From Pocillopora damicornis (lineage: Eukaryota), in contig NW_020846701.1 in the NCBI RefSeq assembly GCF_003704095.1, positions 1 to 64,000 on the forward strand: DNA of 64,000 bases, written 5' to 3'. Both the position numbers and the translations under genes were made by a program. Positions 61,057 through 64,000 of this stretch are shown here, piece after piece; the first letter of the stretch is position 1; every line of letters starts with the position of its first letter. The notes under the pieces are model-generated. The model saw nothing but the letters and a program-made list of their open reading frames with translations. It did not search any database and was not told the DNA's origin.

Positions 61057-62150
61057 TGTCTCGCTCCAGTTATTTGTGTCAGCATTCAGCGTCACACCTG
61101 TTGTGTTCGTTTTTTATCCCTATACACCCACCCTCGTATCTTTAGATTTGACCTCTTTTCTGACGCAAATTTTTTGTTCCAAAATATTTGCATGGCTGGC
61201 GATTACGTGAGTGAAAGCGATCTTTTGTTTGAACCATCTCCTGTTAATTACTTGAAATTTTAAAAATAAAAGCATTGTCATGGACATCACAAGACATCAT
61301 GTCATGGACATCACACGTCTCGCTGCTTTGCAATCTTGAGTTCAGTGTTTCTGTCGATGATTGCGGACCTTGATTAACTCCTTTTCTTCTGTTCAATGAA
61401 ACTGAGGAGCTCGACTCATCAGTTCTTGAAACTTTTTAAGCCGGTAAGTTTCATCAAGTCTCATTTTCTATCAAGAAATCGAAGGGAATACTCGGACGAT
61501 TTCGGAAAAGTAGTTCGCATTAATAGATTAGTCTGTTAAAGCCGAGAGATTCACTTATTTCTCAAATCTTCTCAATATTTTGTTCTTTATCAATTTTCAA
61601 GGACGAAAAATTGTTTCTTATGAAAAATAGGTCGAAAAAGTGAAATTGGTAATTTGTCGCTTTGAACTAAATATGCCCACTGCTCTCTTGTTGCAACTAA
61701 GTGCGTTGCAATAAAAAATTCTGTTTTTCGACCCAGTTGAGAAATCATGCATTACTTTCTTGTCACAGAAGAACCCCGCTGATGCGAACCCGGTTAACTC
61801 GAACCCCCGGCTAACACGAACAAGATCCGATTTCCCTTCGATTTGACTCCATATTCATAGCAGTATAATATTAAGAAACTAGATCTCGGTTAAATTGAAC
61901 TACTTTAACTTTCCCTCAGCCCAAATTTGCCCTGAGAACGATAAACTTCATATCAAAGGGGCAGAACATAGCTGATTGACATGTCCCAATCTTAATTTGA
62001 TCGCGATCGATATGAACGTGGTAACATTTATGAAAACGTTATACATCTATCTAAACTTACAAGGCTAAACTTTCTCATACTGAACAAACTAAATGTGTGA
62101 AAATGACTGTTGATTGTACAAGAATGGTATATGGTATATACCTGATTCGT
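61057..62150. repeat. Copy 3 of the triplicated module
   Basis: Homology to copies 1 and 2, including the MITE 5' part from ~61765. Confidence 0.75.
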
Positions 62151-63201
62151 ACATTTAAGCGTTCCTTGTTCGTTTTAATCCTACACAATCGGACGCCAAT
62201 AAAAGTGTGTGAAACAAAGGGCGTGAAATACTTTACATTTCGCAACAAAAAACTGAATATTGATAAGTGACGGCTGAAACAATTAGAATTTTGGTCACGT
62301 TACCATATTTTTGCGTAAATTCTGACGTCTTTTGCCAATACTTATTATGCACTGTTCTCACATACACACTGTTCGCTTCCATAGACAGCTTTTGAGGTCT
62401 TCCCGATCAAGGCAAATTTGCCACGGAACCGGTTATGTACGTAAATGATCCCAAATGCATCGACACAATTGATACACTGAGTGTTGCCATGGTTGCAAAC
62501 AACATAGGTCGCGCGGAGACTCAAATCGGAGCGGGAAATTCTAGGGGAGTTTTACATAGAGCAGTACCAAACCACAAATTCAACCAAATCTTTTTGAAAG
62601 GATGAACAATAGCAACGAATTTTCGCCCCGAATATTTGCCGCATAGAACGAATTTTCGCTCGAAATTTCGGGTCGCACTAACTCCATCAAGGAATATGTC
62701 GCCGAAAGTTCTGATGTTTCACATTTACATCAAAGTCAGAAGGATTCTTTTTGAGATGGGTGGAATTCAGAGTGAATGGCTCTTCCAGGTGACCCGAATT
62801 TCAGCCGGATACATAATAATTATGACACGCCATCGTTCAAACGAATATGCAGAATTTGGAATTTCACCAAGCGCGGACTTCCTATTCAAAGAAGGTGACG
62901 GTCACGGTCTCGCATCTGTTTCCGTTTATGTGTCATATGTTGGTCCGGAAGCAGATCATTCAACAGCTTATCTTGGAAGAAAAAAATTCAGCGATGAGGG
63001 TGGAAAAGCTATTGAAGAAGTTCTTTGGTTTTCACGGACATTACTTTTATCGATATTCTGTTACCTTTTACTCCATAATTTTTCTTTGTTTGTGTCATTC
63101 ATAAAGTTCTTTACCGTAAATTTTATTCATTCGGAACTACCGTTTAACTGCTTGAACCGCCTTACTGTTTCTACTCCCTTTATCAATCACTTTACGTCGC
63201 T

Positions 63202-63762
63202 TTACATCGTCTCTAATTTGCCATTTGGCCCGTATCTCGCACAACGTTTCAACCGCCTCAAATGTCCATTTCGCTTTAATACTTCAGTTAATTTCGTTTG
63301 TGCGTTGGACATATGCGAGTGATTTTGGCCGCAATACTTAATGAGCTCCACTTCATGAGAAACCTTGAAGATAATAGCTTCAACATACTCCTTTTTGCAT
63401 TTCCTAGAGAAAAAGTGTAAAAATATCAAATGCTGTTGGGAACACAGCGACTAAAACAAATAGGGTCAGTTTTTGGCGCCAAGTGCGCTACACTTTCCGG
63501 GGCAAAAGCCCAATGGAAAATTATAATAAACTACCACTGTCACGCTGAAACAAATTATATTGAAAAAATTAAAACTAGAGATTCTTCGAGCTCAAAGTTC
63601 ATTTAATTGCAGGTTTTCTTTTTACATCGTGTTTTAATTTTACAAAAAAAAAGTCTGGGCTCTTAACTTATAAGTGATTGGAAAGAACAACGATCACTCA
63701 CTAACCTTGGATAACCAAGTGAGGGCTTCCGATTTTTTTTAAGGTCGAACACCCTCCAAGAT
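63202..63762 (-). CDS. Possible 3' exons of a gene entering from beyond the window, CUB-domain-like, possibly degenerate
   Basis: Exons 63762-63706 and 63403-63202 splice in phase: SWRVFDL...KCKKEYVEAIIF...LIKYCG resembles the CUB pattern FDLE...C..DYVE...YCG; the sequence after YCG is divergent. Confidence 0.35.
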
Positions 63763-64000
63763 CTAAATTGTTGAGCTGTAAACAATATCATGATGTTCTA
63801 GTAAGACAATTCACAGTTAACCGCTGAGTTGATAATGTAAATTGACCACCGTAAAAGTTTCTTAAATCTGACTTTTCTACCATTAGCCCTTCGTCAGAGC
63901 TGGAGACATGTTACAGTAGTCTGATCTGAACGCTTTCAGCCCAACGGGGACCATCACCCGACTCAACTTATAATTAACGTTTCGTGTTTCAGGACTGTTT

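Overview
AT-rich eukaryotic genomic DNA with many short introns, most likely a stony coral or related cnidarian (inferred from the repeat families and gene structures). I spliced the exons by hand and checked the reading phase at the junctions. This gives five ordinary genes: GTF3C6 (+, 1441-3551), an uncharacterised 160-aa coiled-coil gene (-, 4365-6061) head-to-head with MIC19/CHCHD3-like (+, 6303-9393), the meiotic helicase HFM1/MER3 (+, 11311-37688, with two minor-spliceosome introns) and TBC1D30 (-, 39501-48330). Two further genes are not recognisable from the ORF track and are the main hunt results. (1) A 4-exon secreted prepropeptide gene (-, 50449-52768) encodes a signal peptide, an acidic propeptide, a KR site and a 44-aa 8-Cys mature peptide whose framework I do not recognise. 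It has a TATA/Inr promoter, an upstream tandem array and a LINE-disrupted paralog relic. (2) An antisense gene nested in a 6.8-kb HFM1 intron (-, 20600-25294) is built from tandemly duplicated exons, a PAM2 motif and a Pro/Asn-rich repeat tail. The rest is MITEs, SINE-like elements, LTR and LINE relics, degenerate hammerhead-like motifs and a triplicated ~1-kb module. All identifications come from reading and memory; no database searches were run.
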